A stretch of 64,000 nt of DNA. It comes from Nitrospirales bacterium. Lineage in GTDB: Bacteria; Nitrospirota; Nitrospiria; Nitrospirales; UBA8639. The stretch lies in assembly GCA_965203295.1 (NCBI GenBank), contig CBDBCZ010000008.1, forward strand, positions 96,001 to 160,000, in the 5' to 3' direction. Position numbers and translations under genes: made by a program. Under the pieces are notes generated by a model. The model was not told the DNA's origin. It worked only from the letters and a program-made list of their open reading frames with translations, and did not search any database. Position 1 is the first letter of the stretch, and every line of letters starts with the position of its first letter. Positions 1 through 11,632 of this stretch are shown one piece after another.

Positions 1-75
1 GACATTCGCTGTTTAGCCTACTGCTGGGGTAAGTACAGCTGCTCTTGCTTAGTTTTAGCGTCATATTGAACTCTG

Positions 76-1123
76 ATGGCCACGGCAAGTCAACTGTTTG
101 ACCCTTCTTCTTCGAGTGGCTGCTCTGGGTCCTCCGGCGATGTTCCCGTCCAGAAATGGACGTGCACTGCGCTAAAGAGCTGGCTTAAGGCCCGCGGACT
201 TAGTTATTCTGGCTTGAAAAAGGATCAACTTGTAGCAAAGTAAGGAAACACAGTAAATAATATACATAGGCGTGATTTCCGGCAACTTTCAGCTCCTCCC
301 TCTGCACCGGCTATATCCGGAGGGAATGTTTACATTATGCATAACATAAACGTAGTACACTCTTCAATCCACAGAGTAGAGGGTGCAATCCAATGTGGGC
401 TTGATTCCCCAGTTGAGGAAAGTGATGAGGACGATGAGATAGTGCCTGATGGCTTTGAAGCAGCCATGACATCCAGTAGCGGATGGATGGATGCTGGCGT
501 CACAGACATGCCACCTCTCACGCTGAAACATATACATCAATTCTTTATATCAGGTCGGCTAAGGAAAGAGCGAGTGACTGCCACTAAACCATTTGAGAGG
601 GGATATAGGTTTTTTTGAATCTAAGAAGGTGCAAGGAATTTCAATAAATCAAGTATCTGGTTCCTCCCTTTATACCATCATCCGTGCAGCAGTACTACCA
701 TCCCAAAAATGTAGCACTGCTTACACAACAGCTGTGGCTGTAAACAAAATGAATGGGCAAGTCATATATGGTAGATGTAGCTGTATTGCAGGCAAGTCAG
801 CTTGCAATCACACTGCCGCACTAATGTTTGCAATTGATGACACGAACAAAGAGCGATCCAGTCATGGAAGTGGGGGATCACCAAGTTGTACATCACTGCC
901 CAAGCGGTGGGGAGTTCCAGCGAAACCTACGAGGGGAAAGGATAAGAAACTGCAGGTACTTAAACCTACGTATGGAAAACTGCCACAGCAGTCACCTATG
1001 GACACCACAGAACCGATTGACCCTTCCCAAAGTCTAGTTGACATTGGTAGAGTAATGTCTCTTTGGGAGATCTTGAAAAAAATTGTCAACAAAAGATACT
1101 GTTTAATTAGGTGTGGCCCGTAA
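76..1123 (+). pseudogene. SAP + SWIM zinc-finger accessory gene of the transposon (frameshifted, C-terminally truncated)
   Basis: Exon 76-239 encodes SAP-like WTCTALKSWLKARGLSYSGLKKDQLVAK. A GT-AG intron spans 240-374. A frameshift lies in the T-run at ~610-617, followed by SWIM motif CSCIAGKSACNHTAAL and SCTSLPKRWGVP. No YqaJ nuclease domain is visible downstream. Confidence 0.7.
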
Positions 1124-1435
1124 ATCCAGACCCTTTACAAATTAAACATCTTATGCAGAAACAGCAACCAAAAGTGGAATAAAAGAATGTTGAACCGTTT
1201 CTTTTTGTAGCCTCATCTCCAGTCCTCCCCCCAATATTTCAGTTGCAACCGTGAGTACATGTACTTTATCCAATGCCTAGTTGATTGCCTATATTATATT
1301 TACATCATACAACATGACATGTTTCTTGCAAGTTCAACAGCATTTTTTGTACATGTAGGCAACTCCAATACAAGTCAAAACAGTGTGATTAATTAACAGC
1401 TCAAATAAAAGTCCAGTACTGTCACAACATACACA

Positions 1436-2841
1436 TTAATCAGAAACAACACCACTCTCTTGCAAAATACAAGCAATAATTTCACTAATTTCTTTTTCTG
1501 ATAGCCTTGCAGGATCGGTGACAAGGGGAGGGTGAAACAAACTAAGTGAACAGCAAATTCCCCATATGCTATCGATGGAATGTACGAGTGATAGTGGTAC
1601 AACATTGGACAAAATACGATACTGCTTAACACGGCCAATAGCTCTTTCCACGTGGATCCTAAGTAAGGCTATCTTACGTGTAATAATAACATTCTTCTTC
1701 GATAGCTGCTGGTGATTCTTCACAAATGGGGGGATATTAAGCTTTGCACCACGAACCAATACATCATACGAGATGTCAAAACCCTTGTCAGCCATGACTG
1801 TGTCTCCAGGCATAACATGATCTAAAACACCACATTCATGGGTAAGGGCTTGATCTGATACAGAACCAGCGTACAAGTCAGATATAAATGTAACAGCTCT
1901 GTAGGGGAAATGCCAACTAAAGCTTTAAAAGTATTGTGATGCTTATATGATGAATAAGTGAGTGACTGTATAGACATAGATGAGGGTACTTCAGTGAAGA
2001 ATTCGGTGCAGTCTAGTATTACACGGGTAGTAGAACAAAATTCGACAAACTGTGCAGGCATATGTGCATCAATGCATTCTCTTGAGGGCCATGTAATCAG
2101 GGGTCTAAGTTGTTGGTTTAGAAACTTTATCCAGATACGAGAAACTGTAGCAGTGCTAATGTTGAACCTGTGTGCTAAATCTTGCTCCAGTAGTCCCAAA
2201 CGCAGTCGAACTAGTGTCAGAAAAAACTCATCAATAGGCTGTAAAGCTCGTGCTCGTGGTTTGAATATACTGGTAGATGTGCTTTTGATCTCATTACGAC
2301 AGACAGAGACGTAAGTAGCATAGTAGAGGTTCCAGGAATCTGTACAGGCACATTAATACGGAGTAGGAGGGAAGACCAGTATAGAACTGAATGTCTTTGT
2401 CACTGCCCTGAAAGCGTCTCAAAAGAAACCGTTGTGACTCCAGAGTTCTAACTTCCTCTTCAAGCCTAAGCACCTTCAACTGGAGTTCACTAATCTTCTC
2501 TTCATGCTGTTCTATTGCATTGACTGCACTTGGAGTCTCAACTTGCTGTGGCTTTTTGAGAGGCAATGGGTGACGCACAGCTGGGGGTCGTCTACGTTTT
2601 ACTGGCTTACTCCACGGAAAAACACTTGGAACGGAGGAATTCTCATTTTTTCCCCCTCCTGCAAAGTGGGCACTACATATTCTTGTGCTCTCACTGACAC
2701 ACAGTGGTTTTTTTATGCTGACAAGCCACTGCTGCCTTAGGTCACTATCCTGGGGCAGGCGATGAAATTGATACTTGTGAATTCGGGCTTGTCACTTCTG
2801 CTGGGATAGCCTGGGATACTACAACTCTGGTGTCGTGGCAT
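1436..2841 (-). pseudogene. THAP-domain Harbinger/ISL2EU-type DDE transposase, multiple frameshifts
   Basis: ATG at 2841. THAP motifs FHRLP..QQWLVSI..RICSAHF..VPSVFPW are followed by a coiled coil and an HTH (DLAHRFNISTATVSRI). Catalytic segments ILDCTE, ADKGF and RIHVERAIGRVK are split over three ORFs (2294-2578, 1822-2199, 1436-1876). Confidence 0.85.
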
Positions 2842-3227
2842 TCTGGAAGCTAGTAGGGTTACTGCCTACCACGGTGATAACAATCAATAGCTTCGCTACA
2901 CAATAACTTCGGCAAGTATTTAGCTCTTTACTGTTAACACGGCAACGTTCCGCGAGCACTACTTACAAACCAACAACTCTCACTTATCACTTACAATACT
3001 AAACTTGAAAGACCGTACATATACACACTAGGCAACTCACCTAGCAACAGTTGGCGCGAGTTGTGACTTCTTTGCAGCTGATAAAATCCAAGAGAGAGGT
3101 CTTCTTTTCGCTTCTTTGGTGCACCCGCCATCGCGTCGAATTCTAATTATTGCCTACTATTACCCCCCCAGACGTCATAATGACGTACTAATGGTAAAGG
3201 GTCTATTAAAAAACCGACACGCGTACC

Positions 3228-3240
3228 GTATATATAAAAG
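3228..3240 (+). promoter_or_regulatory. TATA box of receptor copy 1 (copy 2 equivalent TATAAAAG at ~7393-7400; copy 3 TATATAA at ~13194-13200)
   Basis: TATATATAAAAG about 80 bp upstream of the ATG, at a conserved position in the paralogous promoter. Confidence 0.55.
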
Positions 3241-3312
3241 GGTGTGTACGGCGCACCAACTCCCACTCACCAACTAAAAGCTGCGCTGTCGAAAAGCAAC
3301 AGGTCTAAGACT

Positions 3313-6300
3313 ATGGCTGTCCGCGGCAACTGTGATCGATGGGTCGTGATTGCGCTGTCACTCTGCCTAGTGCTAGGACCAATCAGGGCCCAGAGCTCCG
3401 TCGAAGGCAAGTTAGCCCCAGACAGAAATTTGCTACAGTTGCTACTTTGTTTTAGACGTATGCGTACACCCGACCGTTGATAACATAGTTATGGTGCAAC
3501 GTTCGGACAGTCCTAGTACTAATTTTGGCAACCAATACTGGAAATAGTCTGGCCCCGCGATTCTATACAGGGGAATGAATTAAGTCGCTGTAGTCTCAGG
3601 CTGAATTTTTTTTTTCGAGGGAAGGCGTGACATGCAGTGTCCCAAATTATAGTCAAGAAAATGCAGTAAGAGAGTAAAATTTCAGGTTGATTGTTGCAGG
3701 AAAATTCCATGCAGACAGTGTGTTAGTAGGTAGGCATAACAATGTTTTTTTGTTTTTTTTATTGGCTTTTGAGTATGATTAAATGCCTTAAATATCCTGG
3801 TCTAACTGTGCTGTACACAGCTTAAACATGGTATGTGGGGGTTGTGGCACTACAAATTACAAACAGGAAAGACACCTCTATAAAATTGCTGATTGGGTGA
3901 CTTTCAAATGTAATTGAGAACACATAATATGGAGTCAGACAGTCTATATACCATAACAAGCCTATAGATCAGTTTGGAATGGCCTACTATAATACCCGGT
4001 AGCCTACATAGTGCGATCATGATCAGATCAGTATATTCTGATTATGAGTTTATCTTGGTGGTTAAAATTACAAAGTGCACATGCAGAAACAACATCTAGA
4101 ACGATCGAAACTGAATATGTAGAATTATGTCAACGCAGGCCATGAATATTAAATACATAGCACCATGAAATATTATACCCAAATCTTCTACTAGTATGTA
4201 ATACACACACACATATATATACTCTACATAATTCCCATTCCGATTTGACTTATCCAGCGTATTAGGAAATGCCAAATTATTGACAGGTGCATGTGCATGT
4301 ACATGGCAACTGTCCACACACTATATAGTCAGTGATTTTAATTTGTCTGGCTTCCACAGGAACAAATACTAGCACTCCAAGCTGCAACGATGAGTACCTC
4401 ATTACTGTGGAAAATACAACCGAGGGAATTACAGTCAACGTACTCAACAAACACAACAACGCGTTGCAATATCAGAAATTTGAAGGTCGCTACCTTTCAT
4501 CGCAATGTGGTGACCACTATTTCCGCTGCCAAGACCTATTTGTCGTGTCTTCAACTTCTACCGTGAAGAATAAAACCATAGTTTATCACGTTGTATTCGT
4601 TCCCTTACGTGATGGAATCTTACTTCTGAAATATTTATACAATGGAGCATCACTCTCAAAAACTGACGACTATTTCCTTGAGATTAGCTTTGGTTGCAGC
4701 CCTACTTTAGTTTCTGAAATCTCAGAAAACATTTTTACGGTCTGTCTGAATGAAGAGACGCGGAATGTTACAGTACTGAGAGTATATCTGAACTCTTCAT
4801 CTCTCAAAGATTCCCACATAGGCAGACCTCTGGTAACTTTCAATGGACTTTCAAATCCACCACATCTTTCTGATTTTAAGTATGTTAACTCTGATACCAG
4901 CAATCCGAACGATCAGCAGATAATTTTTGCATCATCAAACTATTTGTACAGCTTTGCTCCGTTGTCCTATCTACACTATCCTCTCGGCCTCGTGGATAAT
5001 TGTTCTAGTCCAGAATCGCTAGTGTACTATGCACCTAATGATGAGGTACTTGTTTACTGTCGCGACGATTCTGCCGTCTATTTCAGTCTTTCTCATCCAC
5101 ACACGATTAACCAAACTGGGTATTCTAAACACGGACAGCCGTTTCTCTGCCCCAACGCTGACGTACGCATAACAGTGTTTGCCTCAGCATCCTACGTCCA
5201 GTATACCGTGTGGAGCAACAACAGTAGGGAGAACTTTAATATACATGACATGAAGTTTGATTCTGGAGTGTGTATCGGTTCAACAGAACACACACTCTTT
5301 GCATACAATGACAAGGAGAGAGGGGTGTATGTCCTTGATCCTGCTACATCTAATCTCACACACCTGTCATCGAAGGCTTGTCTGAACTCGCACTGTGAAC
5401 CATTACTGGTGTTTCAGAATAGGTACATCGTGATACGCAATCGAGAAAATAATGATGGTAATGTCATCGTTGTTGACTCACAGCAGAATTATACCACTGT
5501 GATAACCGCAGAACACGTGAAAGCAGACCTCTTGACTCTGCTGATTGAACAAGACGCTAGCTTCTGTTCAAATGCCTCTCTCAGTCCTAGTACAAACAGT
5601 TCACTGAGTCCTAGTACTCCAACACTTGCTTCGCCACCATCTGGGAAGCAGACTACAGTTTCATTGCCTGCAGTTATAGGAGGGACTATTGGTAGTTTCC
5701 TGTTCCTGATAGTGGGTTTAATAATTGTTTTCACTGTCTACGTATCATTGTGTCGAAAAAGGTGAGTGAAAGTGTTTGTATAAGGGGATGAATTTTTAAT
5801 ATTCTCGAGCACACACCTAAAAACCTGTAAAACTTCGCCACGGTGCATTACAGAAATTTATTAGCAGCTTGCATCTAAAGAACCAATGCATTGAATATAA
5901 ATTATATATAATTCTGCACTCTTTTATCTAGTCCATACCCTGTCGAAGAATCACAGAAACCTGTAGAAAATGGTAGAGCAAGACCTCTGATGGGTGGAGG
6001 GCCTCCACCACGTACGTTTCAGCCACTGAGCTGCAGTGATGCCCGCGGTGTCGACTCAGCTGAATGTAGTCCTGTGGGAAACGGTCACGTGATATCTAAC
6101 CCTGGTCTGAATGTTGAATCCCATGGTAACCCAGCATATCAACAGCTGCCAACGCCACAACATGTCTATCCATCTTCAGAGACAGCTAGCTATCAGCCTC
6201 CTCATGAAGAACAACAAAACAACCCACACACCCAAGGGAGCAGTGATGTCACCCAGCTGTAAGTCAACAAAGTTGTGTACTGACATTTAGCAGGCATTCA

Positions 6301-6886
6301 CAGTGACACCATGGCTACGTAGCATGCACTTTGAGCTATTGGCTCACAATTCATAGTAGATCAAGTGCATTCATGTCATGCACGTTGGTTTCAACACGTC
6401 ATACTAATGACGACATAACTTACCCCCTGTAGCTATGGTTCTATTGTGACACTGTGTATATAAATTTACCATAGCAACGGTACAAGTGCTCCTGTGACTG
6501 GTGACAGTGCAATCCCAAGTGAAAGTGCTGCAACTAATAATACCACACCTGAGCAAGTTCCTGGAAGTCAGCAGGCCAGTGCTTGTGCACATTCTGACAG
6601 AGAATCCTTTGAAACTTTGTGTACATCCTCTGAAACCTCCCTTCTGTATGGTGCTGCAATCGCCACATGTGTGGTACAGCCCAAACTTGAAGATAGAAGA
6701 ACTCGCGAATATGATTCAGATGATGAACTTGCCCATGGCAAAGAAAAGACTGTTCCGCCAAGAAAGTCTGTGCAGGCTAATCGACAGAAAATGAGGAGAA
6801 GGAGAGCTGAAAAAGGTGACCGTGAATGCTGTGATTATGAAAACCTTTGGAATCAAATTGTTATGGAAGAACTGGACAGAGATTAA
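3313..6886 (+). CDS. Type I membrane receptor-like protein, copy 1 (ectodomain A + tail X), ~744 aa; exons 3313-3406, 4360-5761, 5932-6258, 6475-6886
   Basis: Exon 1 is a signal peptide (MAVRGNCDRWVVIALSLCLVLGPIRAQ) with GC donor AG|GCAAGT. Exon 2 holds a Cys-containing beta-rich ectodomain, an S/T/P stalk, a TM helix and the basic stop-transfer CRK. Intron phases 1, 2, 2 all join in frame. The tail contains YQQL and YENL. Confidence 0.85.
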
Positions 6887-7485
6887 ATAACAGAGTCCCC
6901 TATTCTTACCACTCAATGATATGTTTGTGTAGTAGCTACATGTAGCTATATTACATTTTTGTCACATTCACATTATTAGTATTGCAATACAATGTGTAAG
7001 TTGTCAGTAGCTGTTTGGGAAATTGTGGTTCAAACCGTGGTATAGCTATATCAGTGCATTGGTTTTTGATTCCAACAGAGTAAATCCCTCTAGGGTCGCA
7101 TTCATGTTCAATGACTCGCCGCTTGAAACCAGACAACAGAAGAACAGGCCAGACAACTTCAATAACTTCTCTTTCATCTTCCTCGAGCTCGTCAATTAGT
7201 ATAAATTGAGGTGCGCTTAATGTCGTCGCGCATCGTGCGCACTACATGTAGTCTGGAGTACTAATACCATCTGTGGTACTAGTATTGGTACCCCGGCCCT
7301 CGCGCTATAACGTGAGTTTTAGTATGACGTCATGTAAACAGTGCGTACATAATTAAAATGTTACATGTATACGTACACCGACGCGCATACCGTATAAAAG
7401 GGTACGGGTGTGGTTCACTGTACGGCGCACCAACTCCCACTCATCAACTAAAATTAAAGCTGCGCTGTCGAAAAGCAACAGGTCT

Positions 7486-10400
7486 ATGGCTGTCCGCGGC
7501 AACTGTGATCGATGGTTCGTGATTGCGCTGTCACTCTGCCTAGTGCTAGGACCAATCAGGGCCCAGAGCTCCGTCGAAGGCAAGTTAGCCCCAGACAGAA
7601 ATTTGCTACAGTTGCTACTTTGTTTTTGGACGTATGCGTACACCCAACCTTTGATAACATAGTTATGGTGCAACGTTCGGACAGTCCTAGTACTAATTTT
7701 GGCAAACAATGCTGGGAATAGTCTGGCCCCGCGATTCTATACAGGGAAATGAATTAAGTCGTTGTAGTCTCAGGCTGAAATTTTTTTTTTCGAGGGAAGG
7801 CGTGACATGCAGTGTCCCAAATTATAGTCAAGAAAATGCAGTAAGAGAGTAAAATTTCTGGTTGATTGTTGCAGGAAAATTCCATGCAGACAGTGTGTTA
7901 GTAGGTAGGCATAACAATGTTTTTTTTTATTGGCTTTTGAGTATGATTAAATGCCTTAAATATCCTGGTCTAACTGTGCTGTACACAGCTTAAACATGGT
8001 ATGTGGGGTTGTGGCACTACAAATTACAAATAGGAAAGACGCCTCTATAAAATTGCTGATTGGGTGACTTTCAGTCAGTGAGTTCAATTTGTCTGGCTTC
8101 CACAGGAGCTAATACTAGCACTCCAAGCTGCAACGATGAGTACCTCATTACTGTGGAAAATACAACCCAGGGAATTACAGTCAACGTACTCAACAAACAC
8201 AACAACGCGTTGCAATATCAGAAATTTGAAGGACGCTACCTTTCATCGCAATGTGGCGACCACTATTTCCGCTGCCAAGACCTATTTATCGTGTCTTCAA
8301 CTTCTACCGTGAAGAATAAAACCCTAGTTTATCACATTGTATTCGTTCCCTTACGTGATGGAATCTTACTTCTGAAATATTTATACAATGGAGCATCACT
8401 CTCAAAAACTGACGACTATTTCCTTGGGATTAGCTTTGGTTGCAGCCCTACTTTAGTTTCTGAAATCTCAGAAAACATTTTTACGGTCTGTCTGAATGAA
8501 GAGACACGGAATGTTACAGTACTGAGAGTATATCTGAACTCTTCATCTATCAAAGATTCCCACATAGGCAGACCTCTGGTAACTTTCAATGGACTTTCAA
8601 ATCCACCACATCTTTCTGATTTCAAGTATGTTAACTCTGATACCAGCAATCCGAACGATCAGCAGATAATTTTTGCGTCATCAAAATATTTGTACGGCTT
8701 TGCTCCGTTGTCCTATCTACACTATCCTCTCGGCCTCGTGGGTAATTGTTCCAGTCCAGAATCACTAGTGTACTATGTACCTAATGATGAGGTACTTGTT
8801 TACTGTCGCGATGATTCTGCCGTCTATTTCAGTCTTTCTCATCCGCACACGATTAACCAAACTGGGTATTCTAAACACGGACAGCCGTTTCTCTGCCCCA
8901 ACCCTGACGTACGCATAACAGTGTTTGCCTCAGCATCCTACGTCCAGTATACCGTGTGGAGCAACAACAGTAGGGAGAACTTTAATATACATGACATGAA
9001 GTTTGATTCTGGAGTGTGTATTGGCTCAACAGAACATACACTCTTTGCGTACAATGACAAAGACAAGGGAGTGTATGTCCTTGATCCTGCTACATCTAAT
9101 CTCACACACCTGTCATCGAAGGCTTGTCTGAACTCGCACTGTGAACCATTACTGGTGTTTCAGAATAGGTACATCGTGATACGTGAGCGAGAAAATAATG
9201 ATGGTAACGTCATCGTTGTTGACTCACAGCAGAATTATACCGCTGTGATAACCGCAGAACACGTGAAAGCTGACCTCCTGACTCTGCTGATTGAACAAGA
9301 CGCTAGCTTCTGTTCATTGACAAACGGTTCTCTAAGTCCTACCGGTAGTACTCCAACAGTTTCACCACCATCTGTGCCTGGGACGCAGATTGCAGGACCA
9401 GCTGCAGGAGTTAGTGTTGGGCTAGTAGTAGTACTAGTAGTGTGTTCAGTTATTGTTATCATAGTCCGCAAGAGGCGTCAAAGAAAAAAAAGGTGAGCAA
9501 ATCCCAAATACTAATGTTTACCACCTTATGACGTTTGTTGTTCCAGTTGGCAATGTGTATAGTGGTTAGTACTAGAGATTTTTCTAGCGGTTATTTTCTG
9601 CAGAAAGTATGAGCAAAAATAGTGAGTGAAACAGCATGGAGTATAAGAGAGATTTTATGAATCTACCTTATTATTACAGTGTGTTTGATGCAAATTAATT
9701 TTGGTAGAAGTGCTTCAGTATAAGATTAACTTTGTCATTTTCATACAGCCCTATGTAACAGCTTGGTCGAAAATTTATGTGCTTTGCATAAGGGAGGGTG
9801 TAAATCATCAACTTCATTATGAACTCCTCCTGTACAGCCGCTCTGTTTATAGTCAAGCAACAAGTGACATAGAGCTAGAGTCTCAGAGTAGTGAGCTGCA
9901 GAGTGATTGTAAGAGCAATGATCAGCAACAGGGTGAAGCTGAAAGACCTGTGAGAGATGGCCACGACAAAGGTGTGGCTTGTACCTCCTCTGAAGATGAT
10001 GGAAAGCCAGCATTTCAACAGCTGCCGCATGCAAACCAAGTCTACGAGGCATCTACCGCTGAAAATCCCCCTGTAAATCAACAAAATGACTCCTATACCC
10101 AAGGGAGCAGTGACGTTAACCAGTACGTAAGCCAGCACTGCATGTGTACTGATACTTAATTGTTTACATGAGCGACACCATGCATAAGAACTTTGATCTA
10201 TTGGCTAATAATTTTCATTATACACATGTATTCATGCATGCATGTACGTCATGCACTGCAGTATACACAACTTACCCCCTGCTGTTCTGTTATGACGTTC
10301 TGACAGTCTGGTTCTCATGTATCTGCTGTTAGTTGTGCTTAAAATTTAAATACACAAACTATAAACTGGAGCTTTCACCGATTGTCTAATGCTACCTATA

Positions 10401-11632
10401 TAGCATGGTTCCAGGTTGCATGATCTGAGTTTACAACATGTAACTATTATACTGTGTATACCGTACAAGGAATGATCACTGAATTATTGTTTCAGATGAT
10501 GACTACAATACAAAGTCTGCTAAGTCACATTGATTCACTGCATAATAAAAAATGTAATGATTATAGGAAAGCAGCAATTAACTACTTAAATTGCTTTTGA
10601 GAAATGGCCACACAAATTGCTGTTCTATAGGAGTGGCTGGCAAAAGAAGATCGGTGTCAGCGCAGAACGTCAGCTGGTTTCTTTTGACGTATTGGTGTGA
10701 AATAAAAAAATAACTATATACAAGTGCTTGCGCTCGCTTCACTCGCGCAACTACTTGTGTTTTTTGAACTCGCTCGCTCTGTCTACGGATAGAAAGGAAA
10801 AGTGCTTCCTCAATGTGATGTGATTATGAAACATTTAGCATCTGCCAATGACAGTAGTGCTGCTGACTTAGCCACGTGGAGGCTCTACATTCAGGCCTCA
10901 ACTCAGGCCTATTGGCTAATAATTTTCATTATACACATGTATTCATGCATGCATGTACGTCATGCACTGCAGTATGCACAACTTACCCCCTGCTGTTCTG
11001 TTATGACATTTTGCTGTAGATGCAGCACTGACAGTCCTAGTACCCCTGATCATGAGACTGGTGGTGGTGCAGCCTCAAGCAAGAGACAACAGAGTGCTGC
11101 AACGAGTAACATACATCAACAAGATTCTCGAAGTCAGCAGGCCAGGGCTTCCGTACATTCCGACAAAGAAGCTTCTGAAAAGCCCACACCCTCTGACACC
11201 TCTGGTGTTGTAATCAGTGCTACAACTGCTTCTCAACCCATAAAAGCTTCCGATAGCAAACTGACTGCAGTTGGTGATGTTTTGTCCTCAAAAGATATTT
11301 CTGGCGCTACAGCTAATGCAGCACCCGAACAAGCGTCTGGTAGCAAACAAACTGGCGTTCGTGTGAGTACCACTACACCAAATTGTGTATTCTCCCCAAA
11401 CAAGCCCGATGGACTCAATCAAAACACATATCTTCCTAGTGCTGAAAGCGACTTGTTCAGGCATGATAAAGAATGGTTGTTACAACCAAAATCTGAAGAG
11501 AGTAAAGACCATGAATGCGAGTCATGTGATGAACATGTACCAGGGAGATGTAATGTAGTTCTATCGAGAAAGTCTCCTAAGCAGGAAAAAAAGCAAAAGA
11601 GAGCAGAAGGGGGCAACTATAAGCAACTATAA
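7486..11632 (+). CDS. Type I membrane receptor-like protein, copy 2 (ectodomain A + tail Y), ~792 aa; exons 7486-7579, 8106-9492, 9838-10122, 11020(or 11026)-11632
   Basis: Exon 1 and ectodomain are nearly identical to copy 1, while the TM (GPAAGVSVGLVVVLVVCSVIVIIVRKRRQ) and tail resemble copy 4. It ends GNYKQL*. Phase-2 junctions are required; the exact exon 3 donor and exon 4 acceptor are slightly uncertain. Confidence 0.8.
10198..11010. repeat. ~100-bp direct duplication (10198-10299 and 10909-11010) flanking a ~610-bp insert in intron 3 of copy 2
   Basis: CTATTGGCTAATAATTTTCATTATACACATG...CTGTTATGAC occurs twice with few mismatches. Confidence 0.8.

Larger units (their letters stand above)
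1..3204. mobile_element. Decayed ISL2EU/Harbinger-type (PHIS group) DNA transposon; left end not in window
   Basis: Two convergent disrupted genes: a THAP+DDE_Tnp_4-type transposase on the - strand and a SAP+SWIM gene on the + strand, the pairing typical of ISL2EU. The putative right terminus ...TAATGGTAAAGGGTCT is followed by AT (3205-3206). Similarity to the receptor promoter of copy 2 begins just after it. Confidence 0.75.

Noticed and set aside
76..2841. Domesticated HARBI1/THAP host gene or active transposon
   Set aside because: Both genes carry frameshifts and the accessory gene is truncated.
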